A stretch of 64,000 nucleotides of DNA from an uncultured Methylomirabilota bacterium (GCA_963845565.1 CAWJSJ010000005.1:32001-96000), one strand, 5' to 3'; counted from the stretch's first letter, positions 20,470-30,377 are shown. Notes: generated by a model from the sequence alone, not told the origin. Numbers and translations: made by a program.

Positions 20470-20624
20470 TGAGCCGGCCAATCCGCGCTTTGTCTTTGAC
20501 GGGGGCGCCGGTTCCTGATACCGCTACATGGCCTCAATGTGGCGTGAGGTCCGGGCCGAGGCGGCACGCTTTCCTGGGCCGGCCGCGTTTCGACCGTAGG
20601 TTGTGAGACGATGGGAGTGGCGGC

Positions 20625-21665
20625 GTGAAGTTGCGAGGCGGCGTTTTTGGCTGCGGGATGATCTCGGAGTTTCACCTGCGGGGCTGGCAGCGCATCCCCG
20701 AGGTGGAGATCGTGGCGCTCGGCAATCGCACCCTCAGCCGCGCCGAGGCCCGACGCGACGAGTTCGTTCCGGCGGCCCGCGTGTACGCAGACCTCGACAC
20801 CATGCTTCGCGAGGAGCGGCTGGACTTCGTGGACATCCTCAGCGTGCCCTGGCTCCACAGGGAGCACTGCGTCCAGGCCAAGGCGGCCGGCGTCCATGTG
20901 ATCTGCCAGAAGCCGCTTTGCGATTCGCTGGAGGACGCCCAGGCGCTGCTTCAGGAGATGAAGGGGTATCCCAAGCTCTTCGCCGTGCATGAGAACCACC
21001 CGTATCGTCCGTGGTTTCAGACTGTTCTCGCATGCCATCGAGATGGCAAATTCGGTACGCCCCGTTTCCTGCGCCTCGCGCAATACGATGGAAAGGAGCC
21101 GCCGGAGGCCTATAAGAACGAGGCGAAGCTGGGAGTCCTGCTGGAGTATGGCACGCATCTGATTGACATGCTCCTGACCCTCCTTGGGACTCCGACTCGC
21201 GTGTATGCGCGCCTGAGCCATGGAAATCCCCGAATGCGGGGAGAGCATCTGGCGTTCGTGGTGTTCGAGTATCCGGAGACCACGGCGGTCGTCGACATCG
21301 CGTGGAAACCGGGCGGACTGCCCCACGGCGGGTTCATCCTGGAAGGGGACACGGGCGCGGTCCTGTACGAGGGCACGATGACGCGCGGTACCGCTTCGCG
21401 GTTCCGGGTCACCCAGGGGGATGCCGGAGTGATCGACGAGATGCGGTCGCCCTACGACGACTACGTGGAGAGCTTTTACCGCTTGGAGCGTGAGTGTGCG
21501 GACTGCATGCTCACCGGAAGGCCGGTCACCCAGTCGGCCGCGCGAAACTTTCAAACGCTCGCGGTGACTTTCGCGGCGTACCGGTCGGCGGAGACCGGCC
21601 GGATCATCGAGATTGACCGCTTCCTGGAGACCGAGTCGAAGGGGCAGGGGTCTTGCCGCCATTGA
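20625..21665 (+). CDS. Gfo/Idh/MocA family oxidoreductase
   Basis: GCGMIS..H, HVICQKP, HENH, EYGTHLID. Confidence 0.88.
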   Translation: MKLRGGVFGCGMISEFHLRGWQRIPEVEIVALGNRTLSRAEARRDEFVPAARVYADLDTMLREERLDFVDILSVPWLHREHCVQAKAAGVHVICQKPLCDSLEDAQALLQEMKGYPKLFAVHENHPYRPWFQTVLACHRDGKFGTPRFLRLAQYDGKEPPEAYKNEAKLGVLLEYGTHLIDMLLTLLGTPTRVYARLSHGNPRMRGEHLAFVVFEYPETTAVVDIAWKPGGLPHGGFILEGDTGAVLYEGTMTRGTASRFRVTQGDAGVIDEMRSPYDDYVESFYRLERECADCMLTGRPVTQSAARNFQTLAVTFAAYRSAETGRIIEIDRFLETESKGQGSCRH

Positions 21666-21706
21666 TGCGTGACCATCCCGCGGGTCTTGCCGAAGGAGGA
21701 ACGAGT

Positions 21707-22192
21707 GTGGTCAATGTATTGCTGAAGGTGCTCGACTGGTTCTGCAACGTGACATCGCTCATCATCCTCTATGTCACCGTGGTGGTGATCTTCGTCCAGG
21801 TGATCTGCCGCTATGTTCTCGAGGTGGCCCTTCCCTGGACCGAGGAGTTCGCCCGCTTTGCGTTTCTCTGGCTGATCTTCCTGGCCAACGCCATGGCCGA
21901 GCGCCAGAAGGAGCACTTCCGGGTGAGTTACTTCGTGGAGCAGGCCCCACGGAGGCTGCGCTACGGCTTCTGGGTCGCCGGCGAAATCCTCATCTTCACC
22001 TTCTTCATCTGGCTGCTCATGGATAGCCTGGCCTTCGTGCAGATGGGCAAACGGATGATCTCACCCGTGATGCAGCTTCGCCTAGACTGGATCTACTGGG
22101 GGCTCCCGGCAGCCGTGATGCTCAGCCTCCTGAACCGGTCCCGTAACATCGTGGCCGTCCTTCACGAGCGGCCCGACAACCCGTTCGCTTGA
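21707..22192 (+). CDS. dctQ: TRAP transporter small permease
   Basis: QVICRY..PWTEEFAR..H.RV; four TM segments; AAGGAGG RBS. Confidence 0.88.
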   Translation: MVNVLLKVLDWFCNVTSLIILYVTVVVIFVQVICRYVLEVALPWTEEFARFAFLWLIFLANAMAERQKEHFRVSYFVEQAPRRLRYGFWVAGEILIFTFFIWLLMDSLAFVQMGKRMISPVMQLRLDWIYWGLPAAVMLSLLNRSRNIVAVLHERPDNPFA

Positions 22193-22210
22193 GCCGCGGA
22201 GGAGTCGTCC

Positions 22211-23503
22211 ATGCTGAGTGGAACCGTCTTATTGCTGCTCTTCTTGGTGTTGATGTTCATGGGCATCCCGGTCGCGCACTCCATGATCATCACCGCCTAC
22301 ATCACCATCAAGTTCATCCATCCCGAGATCCCGACGATCATCGTGGCGCAGCGGCTCTTCGGGGGGGCCGATAATTACATTCTCCTCTGCATTCCCTTCT
22401 TCATCTTGGCCGGCGATCTGATGTCCATGACGACCCTCTTCGACCGCCTGATCAAGGTGGCCAACGCGATGGTGGGACACATTCGAGGGGCGCTCTCCCA
22501 CATCACCATCGTGGTGGCGATGTTCTTCGCCGGGATCACCGGGGCGGCGGTCGCCGACACCTCGGCCGTGGGGACGGTCCTCATCCCGGCCATGATCAAA
22601 CAGGGGTACAGCCGGGCCTACTCCACGGCGCTTACTGTCGTGTCCTCGACCATCGGCGTAATCATCCCGCCGAGCAACCTTATGGTGGTGGCGGCACTGG
22701 TGTCCTCTTCCTCGGTCGCCGCGCTGCTTCTGGGCGGGGTGATCCCGGGCGTCCTGGCGGCGGCTTCGCTCCTTGTCGTGAGCGTGTACTATGGGATCAA
22801 GTACAACTTCCCGAAAGAGCCCAAGCTCACCTGGGGGGGGCGCGCCAAGGCGCTCTGGCACGGCATCCCGGCGCTCGGCATCCCCGTCGTCCTCATGGGC
22901 GGCATCCTCACCGGCATCGTGACCCCGACCGAGGCGGCCAACATCTCCATCATCTACGCCATCATCGTCGGGCCCATCATGATGCGCGGGTTCCCACCGT
23001 TGAAAGAGATCTACAGGAGCTCGGTCGGGGTGTGTACCCGGACATCGGCCGTGATGATCGCCGTGGGCGCCTCGGTCATCTTCGGCTGGATCCTGGCCAT
23101 CGCCCAGGTGCCGGAGGCCATCGCCGAGTTCATCACCACTTACACCTCCAGCAAGATTCTCATCATCGCCGGGATGCTGTTTACCTACCTCGCCATTGGG
23201 ACGTTCCTGGACGCCATACCCATCATCCTGATCTTCACGCCGATCTTTCTTCCCTTGGCCGAGAAGCTGGGCATCCCGGTGGTGGCCTTCATGGTGACGA
23301 TGGTCTTCGCCTCGGCTATGGGGTTGGCCAGTCCCCCTTGCGGTTCCTGTTTGTGGGTAGGCGCGGCCATCGGCGATATTCAGGTGGAGAAATTCACCTG
23401 GGAATTGATTCCGTTCCTGAGCGCGATGACCGCCATCCTGGCGCTGATTGCATACTGGCCTGACGTCATCATGTGGTTGCCGAATCTCTTGCTCGGAAAA
23501 TGA
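22211..23503 (+). CDS. dctM: TRAP transporter large permease
   Basis: IPFFILAG, FAGITGAAVAD, IIPPS, TPTEAA, SPPCG. Confidence 0.92.
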   Translation: MLSGTVLLLLFLVLMFMGIPVAHSMIITAYITIKFIHPEIPTIIVAQRLFGGADNYILLCIPFFILAGDLMSMTTLFDRLIKVANAMVGHIRGALSHITIVVAMFFAGITGAAVADTSAVGTVLIPAMIKQGYSRAYSTALTVVSSTIGVIIPPSNLMVVAALVSSSSVAALLLGGVIPGVLAAASLLVVSVYYGIKYNFPKEPKLTWGGRAKALWHGIPALGIPVVLMGGILTGIVTPTEAANISIIYAIIVGPIMMRGFPPLKEIYRSSVGVCTRTSAVMIAVGASVIFGWILAIAQVPEAIAEFITTYTSSKILIIAGMLFTYLAIGTFLDAIPIILIFTPIFLPLAEKLGIPVVAFMVTMVFASAMGLASPPCGSCLWVGAAIGDIQVEKFTWELIPFLSAMTAILALIAYWPDVIMWLPNLLLGK

Positions 23504-23606
23504 GAGGGGGTGATTGCCGCCGGAAGCAGTCGTGGGGGCTAGGGCAACATGGGTCGGCCTTGGCTCCTGTCGTTGGAGAATCGTGAATCCCACGAAGGAG
23601 GCATCC

Positions 23607-24611
23607 ATGGATCGCAAGCGCGTTGCACGGTTTGTTTTCACGGTCGCCGTCCTGGCGGTAGCCGGCCTGATCGCGGCCGTTCCTGTCGCCCAGGCCGGGC
23701 AGGTGACGCTGAAGCTGGCAACGAGCCAGCCGCCGAAGGGCGGATTTCTGGGCGATACCCCCAAGGTGTTCGCCGACGAGGTGGAAAAACTCACCAAGGG
23801 GCAGGTGAAGGTCCAGGTTTTCCACTCCGGCTCGCTCAGCTCCAACGAGGCCGAGCTGTTCCAGATGGCCCAGAGCGGCGCGGTGGATCTCGCGATCGGG
23901 GCCACCACTTATATCCTGGGCTGGACTCCTCGGGCCAAGGTTTTCGATCTCCCCTACCTGTTCGAGGGCGCGCCCCACTTCAAGAAGGTGGTGCAGGGGA
24001 AGGTGGGTGAGGTCATCGCCAAGGAGGTCGAGGACGACGGGGTCTATCTCATCACCTACATCCTTCCCGGCGTGCGGAGCATCTTCAGCACCAAGCGGTC
24101 CATCGAGAAGATCGAGGACGCCAAGGGCATGAAGATCCGCAGCATGCAGAGCCCGGTGTACATCGATATGTTCAAGAACATGGGCATGCTGCCGACCGCT
24201 CTCCCCGCCTCGGAGCTGTACACCTCGCTCCAAACGGGCGTGGTGGACGCCGGCGAGAACGACGCCGCCAGCGTGGTGAGCTGGGGCTGGGTGGACGTGA
24301 TCAAGTTCTACTCGTTGAACGAACACTCCATCTCCTGCAACGTGATGATCGTGAACAAGAAGAAGATGGACAGCCTGCCCGCCGACGTTCAGAAGGCCAT
24401 CCGCGAGGCGGGAAAGAAGGCGGAGAACTACCAGCTCGACTACATCCAGAAGGCGCTGGCCGAGAACCTGGAGAAGATCAAGGCCAAGGGGGTCAAGGTC
24501 AACGTCATCACGGACCGGAAGCCCTTCCAGGATGCGGTGAAGGACATCATCGCCAAGTACGAGCCGGAGATCGGCAAGGACCTGATCCAGGCCGTCCGCG
24601 ACGCGAAGTAG
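23607..24611 (+). CDS. dctP: TRAP substrate-binding protein, paralog 1
   Basis: Signal peptide; FDLPYLF, GMKIR (carboxylate-binding Arg), ELYTSLQTGVVDA.EN. Confidence 0.9.
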   Translation: MDRKRVARFVFTVAVLAVAGLIAAVPVAQAGQVTLKLATSQPPKGGFLGDTPKVFADEVEKLTKGQVKVQVFHSGSLSSNEAELFQMAQSGAVDLAIGATTYILGWTPRAKVFDLPYLFEGAPHFKKVVQGKVGEVIAKEVEDDGVYLITYILPGVRSIFSTKRSIEKIEDAKGMKIRSMQSPVYIDMFKNMGMLPTALPASELYTSLQTGVVDAGENDAASVVSWGWVDVIKFYSLNEHSISCNVMIVNKKKMDSLPADVQKAIREAGKKAENYQLDYIQKALAENLEKIKAKGVKVNVITDRKPFQDAVKDIIAKYEPEIGKDLIQAVRDAK

Positions 24612-24809
24612 CCGCCCCGAGCCACCCGAAGCCCGGAGGCGTGGGGCATTTCTGCCCTGCGTCTCCGGGGCGGCACCCTGTCAGATCCAGGATGCCTGGG
24701 CGGTCAGGATCGGTCGCGCCGACCTTCCGCTGCAGGAGCGCTGCGAGATGTCGACATACGGTCCGTCGAGTCGGCGGCGGAGCCGGCGACGGCCGAGGAG
24801 GCAAATGCG

Positions 24810-25808
24810 ATGAGTATCTGGAGCGTAATGCGCTGCGCGATGGTTCCGCTGGTCGTGTGTGTGGTCGTCTTGGCCGGGTTCGCGGAGGCTGGCGAGTTCA
24901 CCCTGAAGCTGGCGACCAGTCAGCCACCCAAGGGGGGATACCTCGGCGGGATGGAGAAGGTCTTCGCCGATGAATTGGAGAAACTGACCAAGGGCCAGGT
25001 CAAGACGCGAATCTTCCACTCCGGTTCGCTCAGCTCCAACGAGGCGGAACTGGCCCAGATGGCCCAGAGCGGGGCCGTGGACGCCTCAATCGCCGCCACC
25101 ACCTACATTCTCGGCTGGGCCCCATCCATGAAGGTGTTCGATCTGCCGTATCTCTTCGAGGGCGCGGGCCATTTCAAGCGGGTGGTGCAGGGGCCGGTGG
25201 GCGAGAAGCTGGCCAGGCAGGTCGAGGATGACGGCGTGGTGTTGGTTGCGTATACTCTTCCCGGCATTCGGAGCATCTTCAACACCAAGCGTCCCATCGG
25301 GAGCCTCGAGGACGCCAAGGGGATGAAGATCCGCAGCATGCAGAGCCCCGTCTATGTCGACATGTTCAAGTCCTTCGGGATGCTGCCCACTCCGATGCCA
25401 TCCTCCGAGCTCTACACCTCGCTCCAGACGGGCGTGGTGGACGCCGGCGAGAACGATCCGGCCAGCGTGGTGAGCTGGGGCTGGGTGGACGTGATCAAGT
25501 ATTACTCGCTGGACGAACACTCGCTCACAGCATGCGTGCTCCTGCTGAACAAGAAGCGGTTCGACGGTTTCTCCCCCGAGATACAGAAGGCCATCCGCGA
25601 GGCGGGGAAGAAGGCCGAAACCTACCAGCTTGACTACATCGAAAAGGCGGCCCTCGAGAATCTGGAGAAGATCAAAGCCAAGGGGGTCAAGGTCAACGTC
25701 ATCGCGAACAAGAAGCCTTTCCAGGATTCGGTCAAGCACATTGTCGCCCAGTACGAGAAAGAGATCGGCCCCGACATCGTGCAGGCGGTGCGAGACGCAG
25801 CGAAGTAG
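24810..25808 (+). CDS. dctP: TRAP substrate-binding protein, paralog 2
   Basis: Same motifs, with long stretches identical to paralog 1. Confidence 0.9.
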   Translation: MSIWSVMRCAMVPLVVCVVVLAGFAEAGEFTLKLATSQPPKGGYLGGMEKVFADELEKLTKGQVKTRIFHSGSLSSNEAELAQMAQSGAVDASIAATTYILGWAPSMKVFDLPYLFEGAGHFKRVVQGPVGEKLARQVEDDGVVLVAYTLPGIRSIFNTKRPIGSLEDAKGMKIRSMQSPVYVDMFKSFGMLPTPMPSSELYTSLQTGVVDAGENDPASVVSWGWVDVIKYYSLDEHSLTACVLLLNKKRFDGFSPEIQKAIREAGKKAETYQLDYIEKAALENLEKIKAKGVKVNVIANKKPFQDSVKHIVAQYEKEIGPDIVQAVRDAAK

Positions 25809-25887
25809 GGGTGCGGACGCCTGGGCGGAGTCAGGGCTTCGCCCCGGCAGACCGGCTGGGAACGCAGGAGTGATGGAGGACCCGACG

Positions 25888-28257
25888 ATGCGTGCGCCGC
25901 AAGATCGGACGGCGAGGCTGCGCAACCGACTCATGGGCCACGAGCCTTCCGTGTGCCATGAGCGCGCGGCGATCGTGACGGAAGTATACGAACGACTGTC
26001 GGGCACCCTATCGCCGATCCTGCTCCGGGCGCACGCGCTGGCCGCTGTCCTGGACCGAATGTCCGTTTTCATCGGGCCCGATGAGCTGATCGTCGGCAAC
26101 CAGGCCAGCCGGCCGCGCTCGGCGCCGATCTTTCCGGAATACTCCTGGGAGTGGATTCTCGAGGAGTTGGACACGCTGCCGACGCGCGCGGCCGATCGGT
26201 ATGCCGTTCCGCCCGAATCACGGGAGGCGCTCCGGGACATCCTGCCCCGGTGGCAGGGGAAGTCGTTCCGCGACCGGGCCGTTCACGCGTTACCCGAGGA
26301 CGTCCTCCAGTCCCATCAATCGCTGCTCTTCCTGCTCACCAGCATGGGTTGCGGCGTGGGGCACCTGGCGCCGGATTACGCGCGGGTGCTCACCCGGGGT
26401 CTTTCGGCGATCGCCCGGGATTCGCGGGAGCGGCTGACAGCGCTGGATCTGACCGATCCGGACTCGATCCGGAAGCGGGACTTCTGCCAGGCCGTCGCGG
26501 TGGTGGCCGAAGCGGCGATCCGGTTCGCCGGCCGTTTCGCGGAGCGTGCGGAACAGATGGCGGCCGCAGAGGCATGCCCGGACCGGCGAGCCGAGTTATC
26601 GGAGCTCGCGCGAATCTGCCGGAAGGTGCCGGCCGAACCGGCGGACACCTTCCACGAGGCGCTGCAATCCTTCTGGTTCGTTCACCTCGTCATCCAGATC
26701 GAGTCGAACGGCCACTCCATCTCGCCGGGCCGCTTCGATCAGTACATGAGCCCGTTCTGCGAGGCCGACCGGATCGGCGGGCGTCTCGATCGCGACGGCG
26801 CGCTGGAGCTGCTCGACTGCCTCTGGGTCAAGTTCAACGAGATCATGAAGCTGCGCGACAAGACGGCCTCGATCGGGTTTGGGGGATACCCGCTGTTCCA
26901 GAACCTGATCGTCGGCGGGTTGACACGCGACGGCCGGGACGCCACCAACGACCTTTCGTATCTGTGCTTGGAGGCCACCCGGCGGACGCGCCTCCCGCAG
27001 CCGTCGCTGTCGGTCCGCATCCACGCCGATACACCGCGCGAGCTCCTCCGCGCGGCCGCGGACCTGGCGCGGGAAGGGCTGGGACTTCCGGCGTTCTTCA
27101 ACGACGACGCCATCGTCCCGGTGCTCCAGAACATGGGTGTGCCCCTGGAAGAGGCCCGGGGCTATGCCGAGGTCGGTTGCGTCGAACCCCAGGTGCCGGG
27201 CAAGACCAACGGGTATTATCCGGCAGGCTTTCTGAACCTGGGCAAGGTGCTGACCATGGCCCTCCATAACGGGACCGACCCGGTAACCGGGAAACAGCTC
27301 GGTCCGGCCGATCCGGAGGGCCAGGGCTTCGCGTGTTACGGCGACATCGTGGCGGCGCTCGACCGGCAACTCGACCACGTCATCCGGCTGATCGTGATCG
27401 GCGACAACATCCTCGACGACCTGCACGGGAGGCTCGCGCCGAACCCGTTCGTCTCCCTGCTGGTGGACGATTGTCTGGCGCACGGCCTGGCGTACGAGCA
27501 GGGCGGAGCGGTCTACAACTACACGGGGCCGAACAGTGTGGGGCTGGCCAACGTGGCGGACGCCCTGATGGCGATCAAGCGCCTGGTCTTCGAGGAGCGG
27601 CGGGTCGAGATGAACGCCCTCTTGGCGATGCTCGACGAGGACTTCGTTGAACGTGAGAGCGGCCGGCTCCTCCTGCTCAACCGTGCCCCCAAGTTCGGCA
27701 ACGACAACGAGGAGGTGGACCAGATCGCCCGCGACCTCGCCACGCGAATCCTGACGGGATTCAAGCAGTACCGGAACCCGCGCGGTGGCCGGTACGAGCC
27801 GGGGTTGCAGAGTATCTCCGCGCATGCGCTCTTCCGCGACGCGGTCGCCGCCACACCAGACGGCCGGACGACCACGATGCTGCTGGCCGACGGCGGGATC
27901 TCTCCCGCCCAGGGGCGCGATCGGCGCGGCCCCACCGCGGTGATCCGGTCGGCGGCCCGGCTGGACCATCGGGAGGCCTCGAACGGAACGCTCCTCAATG
28001 TCAAGCTGAGTCCCCAGTCGGTCGCCGGGGAGGCGGGGTTGGAGAACCTTGCAGCACTGGTGCGAACGTACTTCGGCCTGGGGGGGCAGCACATCCAGTT
28101 CAATGTGATCAACACCGCCGTCCTGCGCGACGCCCAACGACACCCCGAATGCCACCGAGACCTGGTCGTGCGCGTGGCGGGCTTCAGCGTCCTCTTCACC
28201 ACCATCGACCCGGTGCTGCAAGAGGACATCATCGAGCGCACCGAGCACCGTGTCTGA
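25888..28257 (+). CDS. Glycyl radical enzyme, dehydratase/eliminase (PFL2/GD-like) type
   Basis: ELIVG, IESNGHSISPGRFDQ, Cys loop VGCVEP, PKFGND, ATPDGR, HIQFNV, glycyl loop DLVVRVAGF; GGAGG RBS. Confidence 0.92.
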   Translation: MRAPQDRTARLRNRLMGHEPSVCHERAAIVTEVYERLSGTLSPILLRAHALAAVLDRMSVFIGPDELIVGNQASRPRSAPIFPEYSWEWILEELDTLPTRAADRYAVPPESREALRDILPRWQGKSFRDRAVHALPEDVLQSHQSLLFLLTSMGCGVGHLAPDYARVLTRGLSAIARDSRERLTALDLTDPDSIRKRDFCQAVAVVAEAAIRFAGRFAERAEQMAAAEACPDRRAELSELARICRKVPAEPADTFHEALQSFWFVHLVIQIESNGHSISPGRFDQYMSPFCEADRIGGRLDRDGALELLDCLWVKFNEIMKLRDKTASIGFGGYPLFQNLIVGGLTRDGRDATNDLSYLCLEATRRTRLPQPSLSVRIHADTPRELLRAAADLAREGLGLPAFFNDDAIVPVLQNMGVPLEEARGYAEVGCVEPQVPGKTNGYYPAGFLNLGKVLTMALHNGTDPVTGKQLGPADPEGQGFACYGDIVAALDRQLDHVIRLIVIGDNILDDLHGRLAPNPFVSLLVDDCLAHGLAYEQGGAVYNYTGPNSVGLANVADALMAIKRLVFEERRVEMNALLAMLDEDFVERESGRLLLLNRAPKFGNDNEEVDQIARDLATRILTGFKQYRNPRGGRYEPGLQSISAHALFRDAVAATPDGRTTTMLLADGGISPAQGRDRRGPTAVIRSAARLDHREASNGTLLNVKLSPQSVAGEAGLENLAALVRTYFGLGGQHIQFNVINTAVLRDAQRHPECHRDLVVRVAGFSVLFTTIDPVLQEDIIERTEHRV

Positions 28258-29170
28258 GCCGGCGACCGACCCATCCGGGATCATCTTCGACATCCAGCGG
28301 TTCTCGGTGCACGACGGGCCGGGTATCCGTACGCTGGTCTTCTTCAAGGGCTGTCCGCTCGCCTGCCTGTGGTGCTCGAACCCCGAGTCGCAGCGGTTCG
28401 ATCCCGAACTCCTCTTCGATCCGACGAATTGCCTCGCCTGCGGCGGCTGTGCGGAGGTGTGCCCTCACGGAGCCGTCTGGCGCACTGCCGAAAAGTTGGC
28501 GTATGACAGGGGCCGATGTCTTGCGTGCGGCGCGTGCGCCGACGCCTGCCCGGCCGAGGCGCGGACGGTGGCCGGGCGGCGGGTCGCGGCCCCAGACGTG
28601 GTGGCCGAGGTCTTGAAGGACGCCCCGTTCTACGCCAACTCCGGTGGGGGGGTGACCCTGGGGGGCGGTGAGCCGCTGGCCCAATCGGATTTCGCCCGTG
28701 CGATCCTCGCGGGGTGCCGTTTCCATGGGCTCCATACCGCGATCGAGACTTGCGGCCATGTCCCGTGGGCGGCCTTCGAGTCGATCCTGCCCTGGACCAA
28801 TCTGTTCCTCTACGACCTCAAGCACGTGGATGCGGCGACGCACCGGGGGCAGACGGGTGGGGACATCGCGCTCATCCTCTCCAACCTGGAGCGGCTCGTC
28901 GGCGCCAGCGCGACGGTGGTCGTCCGTGTGCCGGTTGTCCCGGGATTCAACGATTCGGCGGAAGATATCCGGGCTATCGCCCGGCAGGTCGCCCGACTTG
29001 GGATCGGGGCGCTTCACCTTTTACCCTACCACCGGCTCGGTCAGAACAAGTATCGGCTGGCGGGTCGGCAGTACGAATTCGCGGGCGGCGACCCAGTGGG
29101 GGACGGTACATTGGCAACACTCCGGGACGCAGTTGCACATCTTGGCCTGTCCGTCACGATCGGCGGGTAA
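28250..29170 (+). CDS. Glycyl-radical enzyme activating protein (radical SAM with ferredoxin insert)
   Basis: HDGPGIRT, GCPLACLWCSNPE, two CxxCxxCxxxCP motifs, GGEP, LLPYH. Confidence 0.92.
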   Translation: MSEPATDPSGIIFDIQRFSVHDGPGIRTLVFFKGCPLACLWCSNPESQRFDPELLFDPTNCLACGGCAEVCPHGAVWRTAEKLAYDRGRCLACGACADACPAEARTVAGRRVAAPDVVAEVLKDAPFYANSGGGVTLGGGEPLAQSDFARAILAGCRFHGLHTAIETCGHVPWAAFESILPWTNLFLYDLKHVDAATHRGQTGGDIALILSNLERLVGASATVVVRVPVVPGFNDSAEDIRAIARQVARLGIGALHLLPYHRLGQNKYRLAGRQYEFAGGDPVGDGTLATLRDAVAHLGLSVTIGG

Positions 29171-29236
29171 TCGGTTTGGTTTCGGCTTGACGCCTGCGGG
29201 GGGATGTGGTCTGCTTTTCGGCGGGAGGTGGTCGGC

Positions 29237-29425
29237 GTGACGACATGGGGTATCGTTGGACTGGCGTTGCTGTTGGCCTACATTGCGGTCTGCTTCGGGA
29301 GGATCGCCGGCAAGCACGGACGGAACCCGATCCTCTACGGTGTTCTGTCCATCATCTCGCCGGTCAATCTGATCCTGCTCGGAATCTGGGCGTTCTCTCG
29401 GACGGAAACTACAACGAGACGTTGA
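29237..29425 (+). CDS. Small membrane protein
   Basis: Two hydrophobic segments around RIAGKHGRNP; GGAGG RBS. Confidence 0.6.
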   Translation: MTTWGIVGLALLLAYIAVCFGRIAGKHGRNPILYGVLSIISPVNLILLGIWAFSRTETTTRR

Positions 29426-29461
29426 ACGATCTCGTTCCGCGCTGGTCAAAGGAGCGTCATC

Positions 29462-30364
29462 ATGCCTGATACCGCACTTGGCTTTCTCGGACTGGGCGTC
29501 ATGGGCGGGCCGATGGCCCGGAATCTGGTGAAGGCCGGCTATCCGGTGACCGCCTACGATCCCGACCCCGGCCGGCTGAAGGCCTTCACCGACGCCGGGG
29601 GCAACGCCGCGGCCTCGGCGGCCGCGATCGCCCGGGCGGGAGAGATCGTTTTCCTGTCGCTTCCCACCGGGGACGTGGTCCGGCAGGTGGTCATGGCGGA
29701 CGGGGGGCTCGCCTCCACGATGCCCTCGGGCAGCCTCATCGCCGACCTGAGCACCACGGAGGCAAAGTTGGCCCAGGACGCGGCGGCGGCCTGTGCCACG
29801 CGCGGGATCACCTTCATGGATACCCCGGTGAGCGGGGGCGAGCAGGGGGCCATCGACGCGACCCTGTCCATCATGGTGGGCGGGGCCGCCGCCGGCTTCG
29901 CCCGCGTTGCGCCCATCCTGGCCTGCATGGGCCGTTCCGTCGTGCACATGGGGGGGAGCGGCCTGGGGCAGGCGACCAAGCTCATCAACAACATGATCGT
30001 CGCCGCCGGCTTCGCCGCGGTCTGCGAGGCGTGGGCGCTCGGCGCCAAGGTCGGCCTGGATCCGGCCATGCTGCACGAGGCCATCAAGGGGGGCTGGGCG
30101 GGATCGCGGGTCATGGAAGAGACGGTCCCCCGCCTCTTGGCCAGGAACTTCGTCCCCGGCGGGACCGTGGACATCGCGGTCCGGGACGTCGCCTACGGCC
30201 TGAACATGGCCCGCGGCCTGGATGTCCCGGTTCCGGTGGCGAGCCTGGCCCATGAGCTGTTCCGCATGGCCAAGTCCCAGGGGCAGGGGCCGAAGGCCCA
30301 GCCGATACTCATCACCCTCTGGGAGCAGTGGCTGGGGATCACCGTCGGCGGGGGGAAAAGCTAG
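29462..30364 (+). CDS. NAD(P)-dependent beta-hydroxyacid dehydrogenase (3-hydroxyisobutyrate/tartronate semialdehyde reductase family)
   Basis: GLGVMGGPMARNL, DTPVSGG, LSIMVGG, GQATKLINN. Confidence 0.9.
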   Translation: MPDTALGFLGLGVMGGPMARNLVKAGYPVTAYDPDPGRLKAFTDAGGNAAASAAAIARAGEIVFLSLPTGDVVRQVVMADGGLASTMPSGSLIADLSTTEAKLAQDAAAACATRGITFMDTPVSGGEQGAIDATLSIMVGGAAAGFARVAPILACMGRSVVHMGGSGLGQATKLINNMIVAAGFAAVCEAWALGAKVGLDPAMLHEAIKGGWAGSRVMEETVPRLLARNFVPGGTVDIAVRDVAYGLNMARGLDVPVPVASLAHELFRMAKSQGQGPKAQPILITLWEQWLGITVGGGKS

Positions 30365-30377
30365 CGTATGGAGACGT

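Noticed and set aside
25888..28257. Annotation as pyruvate formate-lyase or choline TMA-lyase
   Set aside because: It has a single-Cys GCVEP loop rather than PFL's adjacent Cys-Cys, and lacks microcompartment or cut gene context.
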